A stretch of 64,000 bases of DNA from an uncultured bacterium (GTDB lineage: Bacteria > Oederibacteriota > Oederibacteriia > Oederibacteriales > Oederibacteriaceae): the NCBI GenBank assembly GCA_965112635.1, contig OZ218778.1:2080001-2144000 (forward strand), in the 5' to 3' direction. How positions within the stretch are numbered: position 1 is the first letter of the stretch; every line of letters begins with the position of its first letter. Shown piece after piece: positions 20,805 to 30,944 of this stretch. The position numbers and the translations under genes were made by a program. The notes under the pieces are model-generated. The model worked only from the letters and a program-made list of their open reading frames with translations, searched no databases and had not been told where the DNA came from.

Positions 20805-21887
20805 GTGTCAGCTGCCTGGCCCGGTGTCATCCGCAAATACGCCCAATATCTGCCTGTCAGCTCCAAGACCCCGGTCGTGACCCTGCTGGAGGGCAACACT
20901 CCGCTCATCGAATGCGTGCGGCTCAATCACAAGGTCGGCCAGGGTGTCCGCTTGTTCCTCAAATACGAAGGGCTCAACCCCACAGGCTCTTTCAAGGATA
21001 GGGGCATGACCTTGGCCATTTCCAAGGCCAAGGAAGAGGGTTCCCAGATGGTCATGTGCGCTTCCACGGGTAATACTTCTGCTTCGGCGGCGGCCTATGC
21101 CAGCCGGGCGGACATGAAATGTTTTGTGCTCATCCCTTCCGGCAATATCGCCCTGGGCAAACTGGCCCAAGCCCTGGTCCATGGCGCCCAGGTTCTGGCC
21201 ATCAAGGGAAATTTTGACCAGGCCCTGGAAATGGTCAAAACTATCACCAAAAAGCATCCGGTGACCCTGGTCAATTCGCTGAACCCTTACCGCATCGAGG
21301 GCCAAAAAAGCGCCGCGTTTGAAATATGCGATGTGCTGGGGAAAGCTCCGGATTTTCACGCTTTGCCCGTGGGCAACGCGGGGAACATCACGGCGTATTG
21401 GAAAGGCTACAAAGAATACAAATCCCGCAAGGTCGTGTCCAACCTGCCGGTCATGCTCGGATTCCAGGCCGCCGGGTCCGCGCCCATTGTGCTGGGCCGG
21501 CCGGTCAAAGACCCCCATACCCTGGCCACAGCCATCAAAATAGGCAACCCAGCCAGCTGGAAAACAGCCGTGGCAGCCAGGGACGAGTCCAAAGGCCTCA
21601 TCAAGGCGGTCACAGACGAGGAAATCGTTCAGGCCTACAATATGCTGGCCTGCCTGGAAGGCGTGTTTTGCGAGCCGGCTTCCGCGGCGTCAGTGGCCGG
21701 TGTGCTCAAACTCAGCCAGGCCGGGTATTTCGACAAACCCACCCAAAAAGGCAAGAAGCCCGTCACCATCGTCTGCACCCTGACCGGGCACGGTCTCAAA
21801 GACCCTGACCGCGCCATCGCGGTCTCGCCAAAGCCCAAGGAAGTCAAAGCCGACCTCAAGTCGGTCCTTAATGTCCTGGGGTTTTAA
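20805..21887 (+). CDS. thrC: Threonine synthase
   Basis: EGLNPTGSFKDRG, CASTGNTS, PVGNAGN, LTGHGLKDP. Confidence 0.96.
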   Translation: MSAAWPGVIRKYAQYLPVSSKTPVVTLLEGNTPLIECVRLNHKVGQGVRLFLKYEGLNPTGSFKDRGMTLAISKAKEEGSQMVMCASTGNTSASAAAYASRADMKCFVLIPSGNIALGKLAQALVHGAQVLAIKGNFDQALEMVKTITKKHPVTLVNSLNPYRIEGQKSAAFEICDVLGKAPDFHALPVGNAGNITAYWKGYKEYKSRKVVSNLPVMLGFQAAGSAPIVLGRPVKDPHTLATAIKIGNPASWKTAVAARDESKGLIKAVTDEEIVQAYNMLACLEGVFCEPASAASVAGVLKLSQAGYFDKPTQKGKKPVTIVCTLTGHGLKDPDRAIAVSPKPKEVKADLKSVLNVLGF

Positions 21888-22029
21888 ACGTTATTAAAAG
21901 CTTCCATAGTAGGTCTTCACCATAAGCCATCAGCAATTCCACCAAAATCGTCCCCAAGAAGTTCATCGTGCTGCATTGACCACCATCATCAAAAAGCTGG
22001 CGATAGTCAGGTGAGCGTCAAGCTTCCCC

Positions 22030-22059
22030 AATTGGGACATGTCCCAATTAATGTCCCAA
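22030..22059. repeat. Perfect 20-bp palindrome plus an extra half-site (REP-like)
   Basis: AATTGGGACATGTCCCAATT at 22030-22049, followed by ATGTCCCAA. Confidence 0.75.
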
Positions 22060-22194
22060 ATAGAAGCTTTGGAACGGCGGGGGCAATCTTATAGGTGAGG
22101 ATCTGACCCTGGTTCAGTATCTGTCTGAGACTCAGAAGTGCGGATGAGAAGGAGGGACTTAAGATTTAGACCTGACACCCGCTGATTGGCAGCG

Positions 22195-22752
22195 CTACAA
22201 ATTAAAACTGCCTGTTGCTCCAATTCCCACGGTTGTGCAATTAATGCCGGGGAGCGTGCCGATTCCCACACCCCCTTTGTGCACATCAACGGGAGCGGAC
22301 GTTGGCTGACAAGACTGTGAGAGCGATATGAACATACCGGGGATAAGGTTAACGATAGCTTGTATTTCAAAACCCGGCATGGTAGTGCCTGCTAGGGAGC
22401 CGCTTAAAGCTGAAACGCCAAACACACCTCCCAGGGATATTCCCGGCCCCACCTCTGATCTTAGATCAATGCCTGTGGTAGTGATCAGCCCAAGATCGGC
22501 TTGCTGATTTCCTGCAACAGGCTGTACGAATTTATTGGACTCTACAATACCCAGGAAGATCCCTTTTGCTTGATAACCTATTTCCGTGACATCGCCCAGC
22601 ACACCGGTACTGCCGCTATTTCCGGTGACAACAGTGGAGGTAAAACTTCTAGAAAAGGAGATTTTACCGCTATCACTCTGACCCCGGGCTTGCATAAAAA
22701 ATAGAGTGGTTAAAAACAGCGTCACCACAGCCGAACGGATGATCTTTTTCAC
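22195..22752 (-). CDS. Hypothetical exported protein
   Basis: Signal peptide MKKIIRSAVV...QARG, Gly/Ser-rich beta-like body, a Cys pair; AAGGG RBS. Confidence 0.65.
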   Translation of the reverse strand: MKKIIRSAVVTLFLTTLFFMQARGQSDSGKISFSRSFTSTVVTGNSGSTGVLGDVTEIGYQAKGIFLGIVESNKFVQPVAGNQQADLGLITTTGIDLRSEVGPGISLGGVFGVSALSGSLAGTTMPGFEIQAIVNLIPGMFISLSQSCQPTSAPVDVHKGGVGIGTLPGINCTTVGIGATGSFNL

Positions 22753-23044
22753 TGTTTCCCCTTTCCCTTGGTAACTTTTGGGTTTATTATTTGGAATATT
22801 AGTGCGTTATTAGGAACATTGCAAGCCCAAAATGCTCTTGTAAATGGCGTTAGGTCTTGGATCTTGAATTTAACCATTGTTTTCCGGCTTGTTCCTTCCC
22901 GCAAATACCCTAGCCTCTTGGGCGGGGAAATACATGGGCAGGCGGCCCAGAACCTTTCATCCAAGGTGCCCCCTTTTAAACATGCGTCCTGTGGGGTATA
23001 GTAAAACTCAATGCTGTTTAATATTTTTTCCAAAGGGAGGGGTT

Positions 23045-23263
23045 ATGGTAAAAACGGCCTTTTTGACCGCTTTGTTGCTCGGTGTATCTCTTGTTGTATC
23101 TTTTGCTTTAATTGGCTGTGAAGGCTGCTACCAAGAAGAGAGATTCCACGATCAGCAGACCGAGACCGCTATCGCGGCGAAGGCGCAGGAGACCCCGGTT
23201 CCCACAGGTAACACCCACGCCCAAGCACCATACCTCAACCAAAAAAAGCGAGTCGCCCTTTAG
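23045..23263 (+). CDS. Small putative lipoprotein
   Basis: GGAGG RBS, hydrophobic signal with LIGC lipobox. Confidence 0.55.
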   Translation: MVKTAFLTALLLGVSLVVSFALIGCEGCYQEERFHDQQTETAIAAKAQETPVPTGNTHAQAPYLNQKKRVAL

Positions 23264-23690
23264 TTTCTCTCCGTTTGGACTGCCGGGAACCTCGGGGTTC
23301 CCTAATCCAACCTCGCCGAATACCAGCACCACCCCCGGTCATTAATACTGACCTGATAACTGGTAAAAGCAGGGGAATATGTTCAGGGCTGGAAAAAGAG
23401 ATAGACTAGGAACCTGAGGCAATAATTAGGTAGTGCTCCATTCAGGCCTCCTAGGAGTTCGCATGATCCAGACGTGATTCGCCGTCTAGGCGGGCCGGTC
23501 TCGGAGTGAACGGGGTCGCATTGACAATTGACATGCGGTAATTTTCCAGCCGCCTTCTCATGTTTACCGCTTTCCTTAAATTCAGGGGCCTCCAATTCTT
23601 GTTTTTTACCGAAAAGGAAACTCTTCCCTGTTCAACAAAAATTGGCCTAGAGAAGTTTGTAGTGCTAAAATGAGTATTTAAGGAGAAGGG

Positions 23691-24602
23691 ATGATAAAAA
23701 AGTTAGTCCTCATCATAATAATCCTTGCACTGCCCTGCCTGGGCCGGGCCCAATCCACGGTCCTTTCTTCGGCTTCCTATGCCATGCCTCTGGATGATGT
23801 TGGTATTTCCGCGAGGGCCAACGTGCTGGGCTCGTCTTTCGTGGGTTTGGCCAATGATTCTTCGGCCCTGTTCTGGAACCCGGCAGGGTTGGGCATGCTG
23901 GACAGCGGGCAGATATCCCTGCATCACAACAGCTGGCTGACCGACATCGACCAGGAGACCCTGGTCGTGGCTTTGCCCGTCGAGTACGGGACCTTTGGCG
24001 GAGCGTTGAATTACGTGAATTACGGGAGTTTCGAGGGAAGGGACATTGGAGGAGGCTTGACCTCTAACTACACGGCCAGCAATGTCGAAGTGGCTTTGGG
24101 TTTTGGGGCAGAAATAGTGGACAGGTATTATGGCGGGGGGACCGTGAAGTTCGCACAGCTGACCCTGGCTGGACAGGGTTCCACGGCCATTGCCTGCAAT
24201 GTCGGCGTGATGAAGCAGTTGACCAAGCAGATACGGTTAGGGTTGTCTTATTCCAATCTGGGGACAGCGGTGAACGGCGGCATGATGGACAGCGCACTGA
24301 GGCTGGGAGGCTCTTATATGGTCAGGCTTTCCCGGGTAAACCGCGTCTATCTTGCACTGGGCGGTCAGGTGGAGTCCAACAGCATGAACCAGGTCCAACT
24401 GGGAGCCGAAGATATCATTTATTCGGTGCTGGCGCTTAGAGCCGGATACCAGGTGAGCCTGACCAACATGGAGCTGGAAGGGCTGACCGGACTCAGGGCA
24501 GGGCTGGGGTTGATGTACCAGAATTTTGTGGTGGATTATGCATACCTTCCTTACGGCGACCTGGGCATTTCCAACCAGGTGAGCCTCAGTTACTTCTTTT
24601 AG
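23691..24602 (+). CDS. PorV/PorQ-like outer-membrane beta-barrel protein
   Basis: ARANVLG...SALFWNPAGL, ALRAGY, DYAYLPYGDLG, terminal aromatic residue. Confidence 0.85.
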   Translation: MIKKLVLIIIILALPCLGRAQSTVLSSASYAMPLDDVGISARANVLGSSFVGLANDSSALFWNPAGLGMLDSGQISLHHNSWLTDIDQETLVVALPVEYGTFGGALNYVNYGSFEGRDIGGGLTSNYTASNVEVALGFGAEIVDRYYGGGTVKFAQLTLAGQGSTAIACNVGVMKQLTKQIRLGLSYSNLGTAVNGGMMDSALRLGGSYMVRLSRVNRVYLALGGQVESNSMNQVQLGAEDIIYSVLALRAGYQVSLTNMELEGLTGLRAGLGLMYQNFVVDYAYLPYGDLGISNQVSLSYFF

Positions 24603-24717
24603 CAGAGCAAATCCATCCAAGACCACAGGGGTAGCTAATCGTCCGTTCCAAGGGTAAACTTGCCCTGGAAAAGGTAATTTTCAGTCTGAGACAAATCAGT
24701 TCCAAGAAAGGCAAGCC

Positions 24718-27700
24718 ATGAGACGAATCCTGTTTGTGCTGGTCCTATTATTATCGGGTCTTTCCCTCTGGGCCGGACCGGTCGCGGTTACCCATGACAA
24801 GCTCATGGTGGATGTGCCTGACCTGGATGGTTCGCTTTCCACCTGGCTCCCGGGCACCATGGGATATCCTTTGCCCCGCTATGAGCCCAGCCATCCCTTC
24901 CTGTCCAAACCCAAAGAGTTGGAGCTGGTCTGCCTGGAAAATGAGTATCTCAAGGTAAGGTTCATCCCGGATTTCGGGGCCAGGGTTTACGACCTGATAT
25001 GGAAAAAGAACGGAGCCAGCCCGGTTTTCCAGAAGAAAAAGGCTGATTTTGGAACCATGTACGGCGACGAGGGGCTGGGCTACATGGTGCATTTCGGTTC
25101 CATCAAATGGGGGTTCCCGTTCTTCGGGCATACGGCAACGGACCATATGCCCTGGCAGTATGAAGTCATCCGCCTGAAATCAGGAGGGGCTGTTTTCCAT
25201 GCCTGGCGGGTGGAGAATTATGTCACGGGCCTGCGGATGGACACAAGCATAACTCTGGAGCCGGGGGCCACGGCCCTGAAAACGGATTTCAAAATTTCCA
25301 ATCCCACGGACAGGACCAAGGTCTGGGACCTTTGGGTGGATATGTATGTGCCCTGCACCGAGTTCGTGGAACTGGCCCTGCCTACGGACCGGGTCATCAC
25401 CCACCAATCCGCCTGGAATTTTACCCGCAACATGATCATCCCCTGGCCGTTTTTAGGTAATGTGGACATGCGCTATCTGCGGGCGTGGCATGATTCCAAC
25501 GGCGTTTTTCCCCTGGCCCAGTCAGACCAGTTCAGCGGGTTTTATCTGCATGACCGCCAGCTGGGCATGTTCCGGACCTTTGAGCCGGGCAAGACCATAG
25601 GGACCAAGTTCTGGTTCACCAATCCCGAATGGTATTCGGATTTTGGCGAGATGTTCACGGGTGGGGAGCCGACCCATGACGAACGGGCGGAGCTCCTGCC
25701 CGGGGCAGCCGTGGAATGGAAGGAGCAGTGGATGGTCCTCCACGACCTCAAAGGGATAGATTGCGGGAATAGCGACCTGGCCTGCCACCTGGAATCCGAC
25801 GAGAATGGGACCAGTGTTTTCCTGGAGCCGGTAAGGCCGCTGGGGAAAGTCGACCTTACCGTGGAGACAGCGGGCGTGGGTAATGGGCGGACATCTGTAC
25901 TGGGCCAATGGCACGGTTCACTGGATACGATCGAACCCAGACAGGCGAAATTACCTGTCCTGCCTCCTTATGCAGGCTATGTCGTCTGCCGGATAAAATA
26001 CAGCGATAAGACCTATTCCTGGACCACCAGCGGAGAATTGGTCAAGAGACCGTTTGTCAGCGATAAGCTCAGCCAGGCGCGCTTGGATTACCAGAAATCC
26101 CTCAAGGGAAACGGGGCCAAAAACACAGTCGCGTCCAATCCGGATAGCGGTCAGGCCGCGATACCGGTCAAGACAGCCTATAAAAAGTCCAAGTTACTCA
26201 CAGCAGAAAAGACCAGTCGTCTATTTCGGCCTAATGCCGCCTGTAGGTTAGCCGATGGTTCCTTTGTTGTGGCGGATGCCAACCTTTTACTTCATTTTGA
26301 CGCTGATCTTAAATATTTGGGCAGATGGGGAGACAAGGAAAACCTTTTTAGTCCTTTAGGTTTGGCTTGTGACGGCCAGGGCCGGTTACTAGTAGCGGAC
26401 ACGGGTAACCGCAGGATTTTGAGGCTGACTCTCAGCGAAGAATGGAAGATAGACAAGTCCTGGGATGTGCAGGAAAGATGCGGAGAGGTTTGCTGGCACC
26501 AGGGAACTATCGCCTATACCTGTCCGCTTTCAGGAAAGGTCATGAGTTTTAGCGACGAGATGCCGGAGGGCAAAGTCGAGGCAAAATGTTTGGCCAAGGA
26601 CCTGCAGGGGCCCTTGGGAGTCTGTTTTGACGGTGATGAAGTAGTAGTCTGCGATACCCTCCATTCACGAGTGCTTAAACTGGCCAAGGACGGAAGCTTC
26701 CAAGTTTTAACTGGGCCCAAGGAAGGGTTGGTCAAACCTTCCAGGGTGTGTTCCAGGGACGGCGGTCTGCTGATCAGCGACGCGGGCAGGGCTTGTTTGC
26801 TCAGTTGGAAGGACGGCGTTTTAAAAACGGTGGTTGACGGCACCAATCTGAACAATATTTCCCTGAGCGTGCCCGGCGGATTAGCTGCAGCAGGCCAAAA
26901 CCTGTTTTTAACCATAGCAGACCCGGCCCGCCTGGTCCTTTTGGACCAGAATTACCAGTTGAGCAAGAGCTATGACGTCAATGATAACGGCGGGCCGTAT
27001 TACAGCATGCCCTCATCCGTGGCGGTCCTTCCGGACGGCCGCAAGATAGTTTTGGATAGCGGCGGAGGGCGAGTCAGGATATTTGACGCTAACGGCAAGC
27101 AGACCGGCCTTTTGGACAGCTGGGGCTGGGATGACGGGCAGTTATGGAAGCCGAGCTGTGTGCGGGCGGATTCCAAGGGTTATGTTTATATTTCCGATCT
27201 GCTCAACTTCCGGGTGCAAAGATTCGACCCTTCGCTGACCATGAGGGACGCCCTGGAGTTAAAAGGCGTCAGGACCGAGAGCGCGGTCAAAACCTCGACC
27301 TGGTATAGCCACGGGATCGCCGTGGGGCCCGATGACAAACTCTACGTGGCCGACCACGCCCACCAATGTGTCCATGTTTATTCGCCTGCCCCTGAAAACA
27401 AACCGCTTCAAACCATCCAGCTGGGCAGGGATGTTTACCCCCTCAGCGTGGCTGTGGACAACCAGGGAAGGGTCATTGTGGCCAATAGTTTCCGGTCAGA
27501 GGTCGTTATTTATGACCCGAACAGCCCGCTGACTTTGGACCACCGGGGCGTGGGGTTCGCGTTGCTCCAGCCTCTCCATGTGGCCTGGGACAAGGAAGGC
27601 GGATATTTCATCTCAGGCAGGAAGGCTCAGACCGACGCACTGCTGCATTTTAACAGCCGCCATACCTTGGCCCACTCTTTCACCCAAAACGAGGTTTATC

Positions 27701-28557
27701 AGGCTGAGGACATAGTCTGGCAGGGAGACGGTCTGGTCGTGGCCAGCCCGGGGGACCAGGGTTTTTATAAAGTTTCCCAGGACGACAAGGCCAGCCTCTG
27801 GTTCAGATATTCCGGCCAGCAAACTATCCCGGGAAAGGTCAGCTCGGTCAAAGCGGCGCTGTTGTTCAATGACGGGACCGGTGTGGCTGTGGATGACGAT
27901 ACCCCGGCGCTGCATTTTCTCGGGAAAGGGCTCGATGCCATGAACGACACCCAAGTCCTGGAAAAGATGCCGAACTGGGTGGAGCTTTTTGATGACGAGC
28001 TTATGCTGATGAGAAGAGGTAATCCGGTCCAGCAGATCCTGTCCCGGCACGACAGGACCGTCAAAAAAAGGTGGTTCAAAGGCGTCGCTCAACTTATGGG
28101 CGCTTTTTGTCTGGGAAACGACCTTTGGCTGGTCTCGGACGCAAGCAATGGATTACGGCTATTCCGGGGTACGGGAGATGAAGCCGTGGAAGCCAATGCG
28201 CCTGATTGGGCCAAAGGCCAGAAAATCCGTTTGATGGCCGGGGTTACCCTGCGGGATGGTTCTTACTGGTTTTCCGTAGGCATGAACGGAAGCCTGCAGT
28301 TCCTCCATGTCGATCACGACTTGAAACTCATGGCGTCTGTTCTTCAGCCCCGGGGAAGATTTTGCGACGCTCTTCTCAGGGACCCGGGGCAGGGCTTCGT
28401 TGCCTTTACCAGCCAGGGCGTCATCCGCTACGACCAGAACGGCGCCAATCCGGCCAATGTCCTCAGCGTACCCGCGATTTTCGGGGACATCACGCCTGAT
28501 AACAGGCTCTTGGTCGTGACAAGGGACGGAGAGCTGTGGTTGTGCGATCCCTTATAA
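24718..28557 (+). CDS. Secreted DUF5107-like (epimerase-fold) protein fused to NHL beta-propellers
   Basis: Signal peptide, LENEYLKVRFIPDFGARVY, repeated P.G.A.D..G.L.VAD NHL units. Confidence 0.8.
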   Translation: MRRILFVLVLLLSGLSLWAGPVAVTHDKLMVDVPDLDGSLSTWLPGTMGYPLPRYEPSHPFLSKPKELELVCLENEYLKVRFIPDFGARVYDLIWKKNGASPVFQKKKADFGTMYGDEGLGYMVHFGSIKWGFPFFGHTATDHMPWQYEVIRLKSGGAVFHAWRVENYVTGLRMDTSITLEPGATALKTDFKISNPTDRTKVWDLWVDMYVPCTEFVELALPTDRVITHQSAWNFTRNMIIPWPFLGNVDMRYLRAWHDSNGVFPLAQSDQFSGFYLHDRQLGMFRTFEPGKTIGTKFWFTNPEWYSDFGEMFTGGEPTHDERAELLPGAAVEWKEQWMVLHDLKGIDCGNSDLACHLESDENGTSVFLEPVRPLGKVDLTVETAGVGNGRTSVLGQWHGSLDTIEPRQAKLPVLPPYAGYVVCRIKYSDKTYSWTTSGELVKRPFVSDKLSQARLDYQKSLKGNGAKNTVASNPDSGQAAIPVKTAYKKSKLLTAEKTSRLFRPNAACRLADGSFVVADANLLLHFDADLKYLGRWGDKENLFSPLGLACDGQGRLLVADTGNRRILRLTLSEEWKIDKSWDVQERCGEVCWHQGTIAYTCPLSGKVMSFSDEMPEGKVEAKCLAKDLQGPLGVCFDGDEVVVCDTLHSRVLKLAKDGSFQVLTGPKEGLVKPSRVCSRDGGLLISDAGRACLLSWKDGVLKTVVDGTNLNNISLSVPGGLAAAGQNLFLTIADPARLVLLDQNYQLSKSYDVNDNGGPYYSMPSSVAVLPDGRKIVLDSGGGRVRIFDANGKQTGLLDSWGWDDGQLWKPSCVRADSKGYVYISDLLNFRVQRFDPSLTMRDALELKGVRTESAVKTSTWYSHGIAVGPDDKLYVADHAHQCVHVYSPAPENKPLQTIQLGRDVYPLSVAVDNQGRVIVANSFRSEVVIYDPNSPLTLDHRGVGFALLQPLHVAWDKEGGYFISGRKAQTDALLHFNSRHTLAHSFTQNEVYQAEDIVWQGDGLVVASPGDQGFYKVSQDDKASLWFRYSGQQTIPGKVSSVKAALLFNDGTGVAVDDDTPALHFLGKGLDAMNDTQVLEKMPNWVELFDDELMLMRRGNPVQQILSRHDRTVKKRWFKGVAQLMGAFCLGNDLWLVSDASNGLRLFRGTGDEAVEANAPDWAKGQKIRLMAGVTLRDGSYWFSVGMNGSLQFLHVDHDLKLMASVLQPRGRFCDALLRDPGQGFVAFTSQGVIRYDQNGANPANVLSVPAIFGDITPDNRLLVVTRDGELWLCDPL

Positions 28558-28577
28558 TTCTATATGGAGATTTTAAC

Positions 28578-28605
28578 TTGACTTATTAGTGCGGTGGGGT
28601 AGATT
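28578..28605 (+). promoter_or_regulatory. Putative sigma70 promoter
   Basis: TTGACT-16 nt-TAGATT upstream of the Bor-like gene. Confidence 0.5.
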
Positions 28606-28649
28606 TAGGGAGTTAATCGATTTCAAAACTAATCTGAGGAGGTGAATTT

Positions 28650-28946
28650 ATGAAGAAAAGTTTGATCCTGTTGTTTTGTCTGGTGGTGCTCGTATTGCCA
28701 ATGGCCGGATGCATGGCCCATACCCATATCGTCGGCAACGGCGGTAGTAGCGGAGAATCTGTAGAGCAATGGCAGTGGTATGCCATATGGGGATTAGTGC
28801 CGTTGAATAATGTGGATACGCGTGAGATGGCCGGTGGTGCCTCGGATTACACGATCAAGACACAGATGTCCATCGTGAACATTATCCTTAACATTTTCAC
28901 TGAATATATCACGGTTGAAAGCAGGACCGTAACGGTCACGAAATAG
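28650..28946 (+). CDS. Bor/Iss-like lipoprotein
   Basis: MAGC lipobox, QWYAIWGLVPL, SRTVTV ending. Confidence 0.78.
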   Translation: MKKSLILLFCLVVLVLPMAGCMAHTHIVGNGGSSGESVEQWQWYAIWGLVPLNNVDTREMAGGASDYTIKTQMSIVNIILNIFTEYITVESRTVTVTK

Positions 28947-28963
28947 TTGTTGGGTAGAAAAAT

Positions 28964-28997
28964 GAGGGAGGCCCTTAAAAGTCTCCCTTATTTTTTT
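28964..28997 (+). terminator. Intrinsic terminator
   Basis: GAGGGAGGC/GTCTCCCTT stem followed by ATTTTTTT. Confidence 0.7.
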
Positions 28998-29019
28998 GAA
29001 TTTTAAAAAGGAAATCTGA

Positions 29020-29667
29020 TTGAAAAACCAATTGCAGTTCGTCAAAAGGAACTCAATTTATTTACTTGCTATAGTTATTCCTTTTTTATGTTTGGTAGGG
29101 TGCCAGAGCAAGTCAGCGGAGATGGCCGCGTACGCGACCATTAAACAGATGTCCTTCAGGCCGGTTTCAAAAACAGATCCAATGCTTGGCACAAGATACA
29201 CGCATCCTAAAGTAGGATACTCCATCAGGCCGCCGGCCGGATGGCTGCTCCAGCCCAGCGTAGCCAAAGACGACCTCCACTACAGGTATCCCATAGCTTT
29301 CAAGGCCAGACTGCTCAGTGATTTCCTGGAAATAGGCTTGGTCGACAGCGGGATCAAGGATGTCAACGGCTACAGCCTCCATGTGCTGGCCAGTTCCTAT
29401 GCCAATGCCTTGAGCCGCGGCAATGTCATCAAAATATTAGGCACGGACGTTTTTCAGTACAACGGGATCAAGATCGTGCAGATCATGTCCGAAAGAGGGA
29501 ATGTGGTCATTTTGCAGCTGCTTATGTTCAAAGATTCCAGCCAATTTGTGCAGCTTACCTATGGTTTAGCCACGAGCCGCTATCAATTGATGGCCAGGGC
29601 TATTGAAGCGAGCATTGCTTCTTTTACATGGAATGAAAAATCAAAGGTTGTTACTCCCGCCAGGTAA
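29020..29667 (+). CDS. Putative lipoprotein (PsbP/Mog1-like fold suspected)
   Basis: LVGC lipobox, GYSIRPPAGW, IEASIASF. Confidence 0.65.
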   Translation: MKNQLQFVKRNSIYLLAIVIPFLCLVGCQSKSAEMAAYATIKQMSFRPVSKTDPMLGTRYTHPKVGYSIRPPAGWLLQPSVAKDDLHYRYPIAFKARLLSDFLEIGLVDSGIKDVNGYSLHVLASSYANALSRGNVIKILGTDVFQYNGIKIVQIMSERGNVVILQLLMFKDSSQFVQLTYGLATSRYQLMARAIEASIASFTWNEKSKVVTPAR

Positions 29668-29815
29668 ACCTCGCCCTTGCACCATTGTCTTCCCAAAGCG
29701 TCTTTAGGGGAGTATGGGGCTTGATAAAAAACAGGTGGTATTTTAAAAGGAACGGGATATTATTTTTACAATATTCAGACAAGGGGCGATCGGCTCCTTA
29801 AAACAAGGAGGAGTT

Positions 29816-30292
29816 ATGAGAAAGACTATATTTGTTTTTGGTTTGACGGTCCTATTATTTTGCACGGCTAGCCAGGCGCAGGAAAAGGGTCTGGGATTAG
29901 GCGGTTTTATCGGGGAGCCATCTGGGTTATGCGGTAAGTTGTGGGTCACGGATACTACGGCCATTGACGCGGCGGTTTCCTGGTCCTTTACGGGTAACTA
30001 CAGCACGGCCTATTTGCAAGGCGACTATCTGCTCCATGATTTCACCCTGGTCCAGGTGGAGAACGGCAAACTGCCTATATATTATGGACTGGGCGCCAGG
30101 ATATTGAGCGACACGTTATCCAATACAACGCAGGTCGGCCTGCGCATCCCGGTCGGTTTTTCATACCTGTTGGAAAAGGCGCCATTTGAAGTGTTCGTGG
30201 AGCTGGCGCCGGTGATCAATTTTTCTCCCAACGGCGGTTTTCTGTTCAACGGATTTATCGGCGGAAGGTATTACTTTAATACAAAAAAGTAG
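29816..30292 (+). CDS. Small outer-membrane beta-barrel protein (DUF3996-like)
   Basis: GLGLGGFIGEPSGL, GLRIPVG, EVFVELAP, GGRYYF. Confidence 0.8.
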   Translation: MRKTIFVFGLTVLLFCTASQAQEKGLGLGGFIGEPSGLCGKLWVTDTTAIDAAVSWSFTGNYSTAYLQGDYLLHDFTLVQVENGKLPIYYGLGARILSDTLSNTTQVGLRIPVGFSYLLEKAPFEVFVELAPVINFSPNGGFLFNGFIGGRYYFNTKK

Positions 30293-30300
30293 CCAGCGCT

Positions 30301-30822
30301 TTAGTCAGCGCTGGATTCGGCCATGCCTTTTTTCTTATTTTCTAATCTGGCCATAATGAAAAGGCAGTCGGATAAACGGTTGAGGTATTTGAGGGCCGTT
30401 GAGTCAACTTTTTCCTGACGGGAAAGGGAGACCAGGCGGCGTTCGGCCCGACGGCAGACCGTACGGGCTAGGTGCAATAACCCGGCTCCCTGAGTTCCTC
30501 CAGGCAAGATGAATTTTTTCAGAGGTTCCAAGTCAGCGCTCATTGTGTCTATTAGACCTTCTAGATTCTCTGCTTTTTTCTGGTCAGCCATATTTTTTTC
30601 ATTGCTGAGGTCCACAGAAAGAGCTATGAGATCGTCCTGCAGGGCCTTCAATGTTTTTTGGAGTTCAAGGTCCAAACCAAAAGAGGCCGCCGTGCCCAGC
30701 ATGGAATTGAGTTCGTCGAGCGTTCCCAGCACTTCTATCCGCAGGGAATCTTTGGGGACACGCCGGCCTTTAGGTAAACCTGTCGTGCCCTCATCGCCGG
30801 TATGGGTATAAATTTTTGACAT
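30301..30822 (-). CDS. PduO-type cob(I)alamin adenosyltransferase
   Basis: KIYTHTGDEGTT, GTLDELNS, FILPGG, ARTVCRRAER, YLNRLSD. Confidence 0.93.
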   Translation of the reverse strand: MSKIYTHTGDEGTTGLPKGRRVPKDSLRIEVLGTLDELNSMLGTAASFGLDLELQKTLKALQDDLIALSVDLSNEKNMADQKKAENLEGLIDTMSADLEPLKKFILPGGTQGAGLLHLARTVCRRAERRLVSLSRQEKVDSTALKYLNRLSDCLFIMARLENKKKGMAESSAD

Positions 30823-30944
30823 AAAGCCCTTTCTTTTTTTGTTAGCGACCTATTATATTATACCTGCTTGCTTTTGTGGTTAGCGGATTAGGCCTTAAAT
30901 GTGCGTGGTATAATGCATAACGATTTAATCCTGAAGGAGAGAAT

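Noticed and set aside
22749-23033. 94-aa ORF as a transposase
   Set aside because: Only the IQDLTP string is suggestive, and it derives from the DNA motif; no HUH/Y1 or DDE residues
28650-28946. Prophage suggested by the Bor-like lipoprotein
   Set aside because: No phage structural, lysis or integrase genes nearby
29671-29790. Long-range pairing TCGCCCTTG/CAAGGGGCGA with an internal hairpin
   Set aside because: Single imperfect instance with no covariation or known motif
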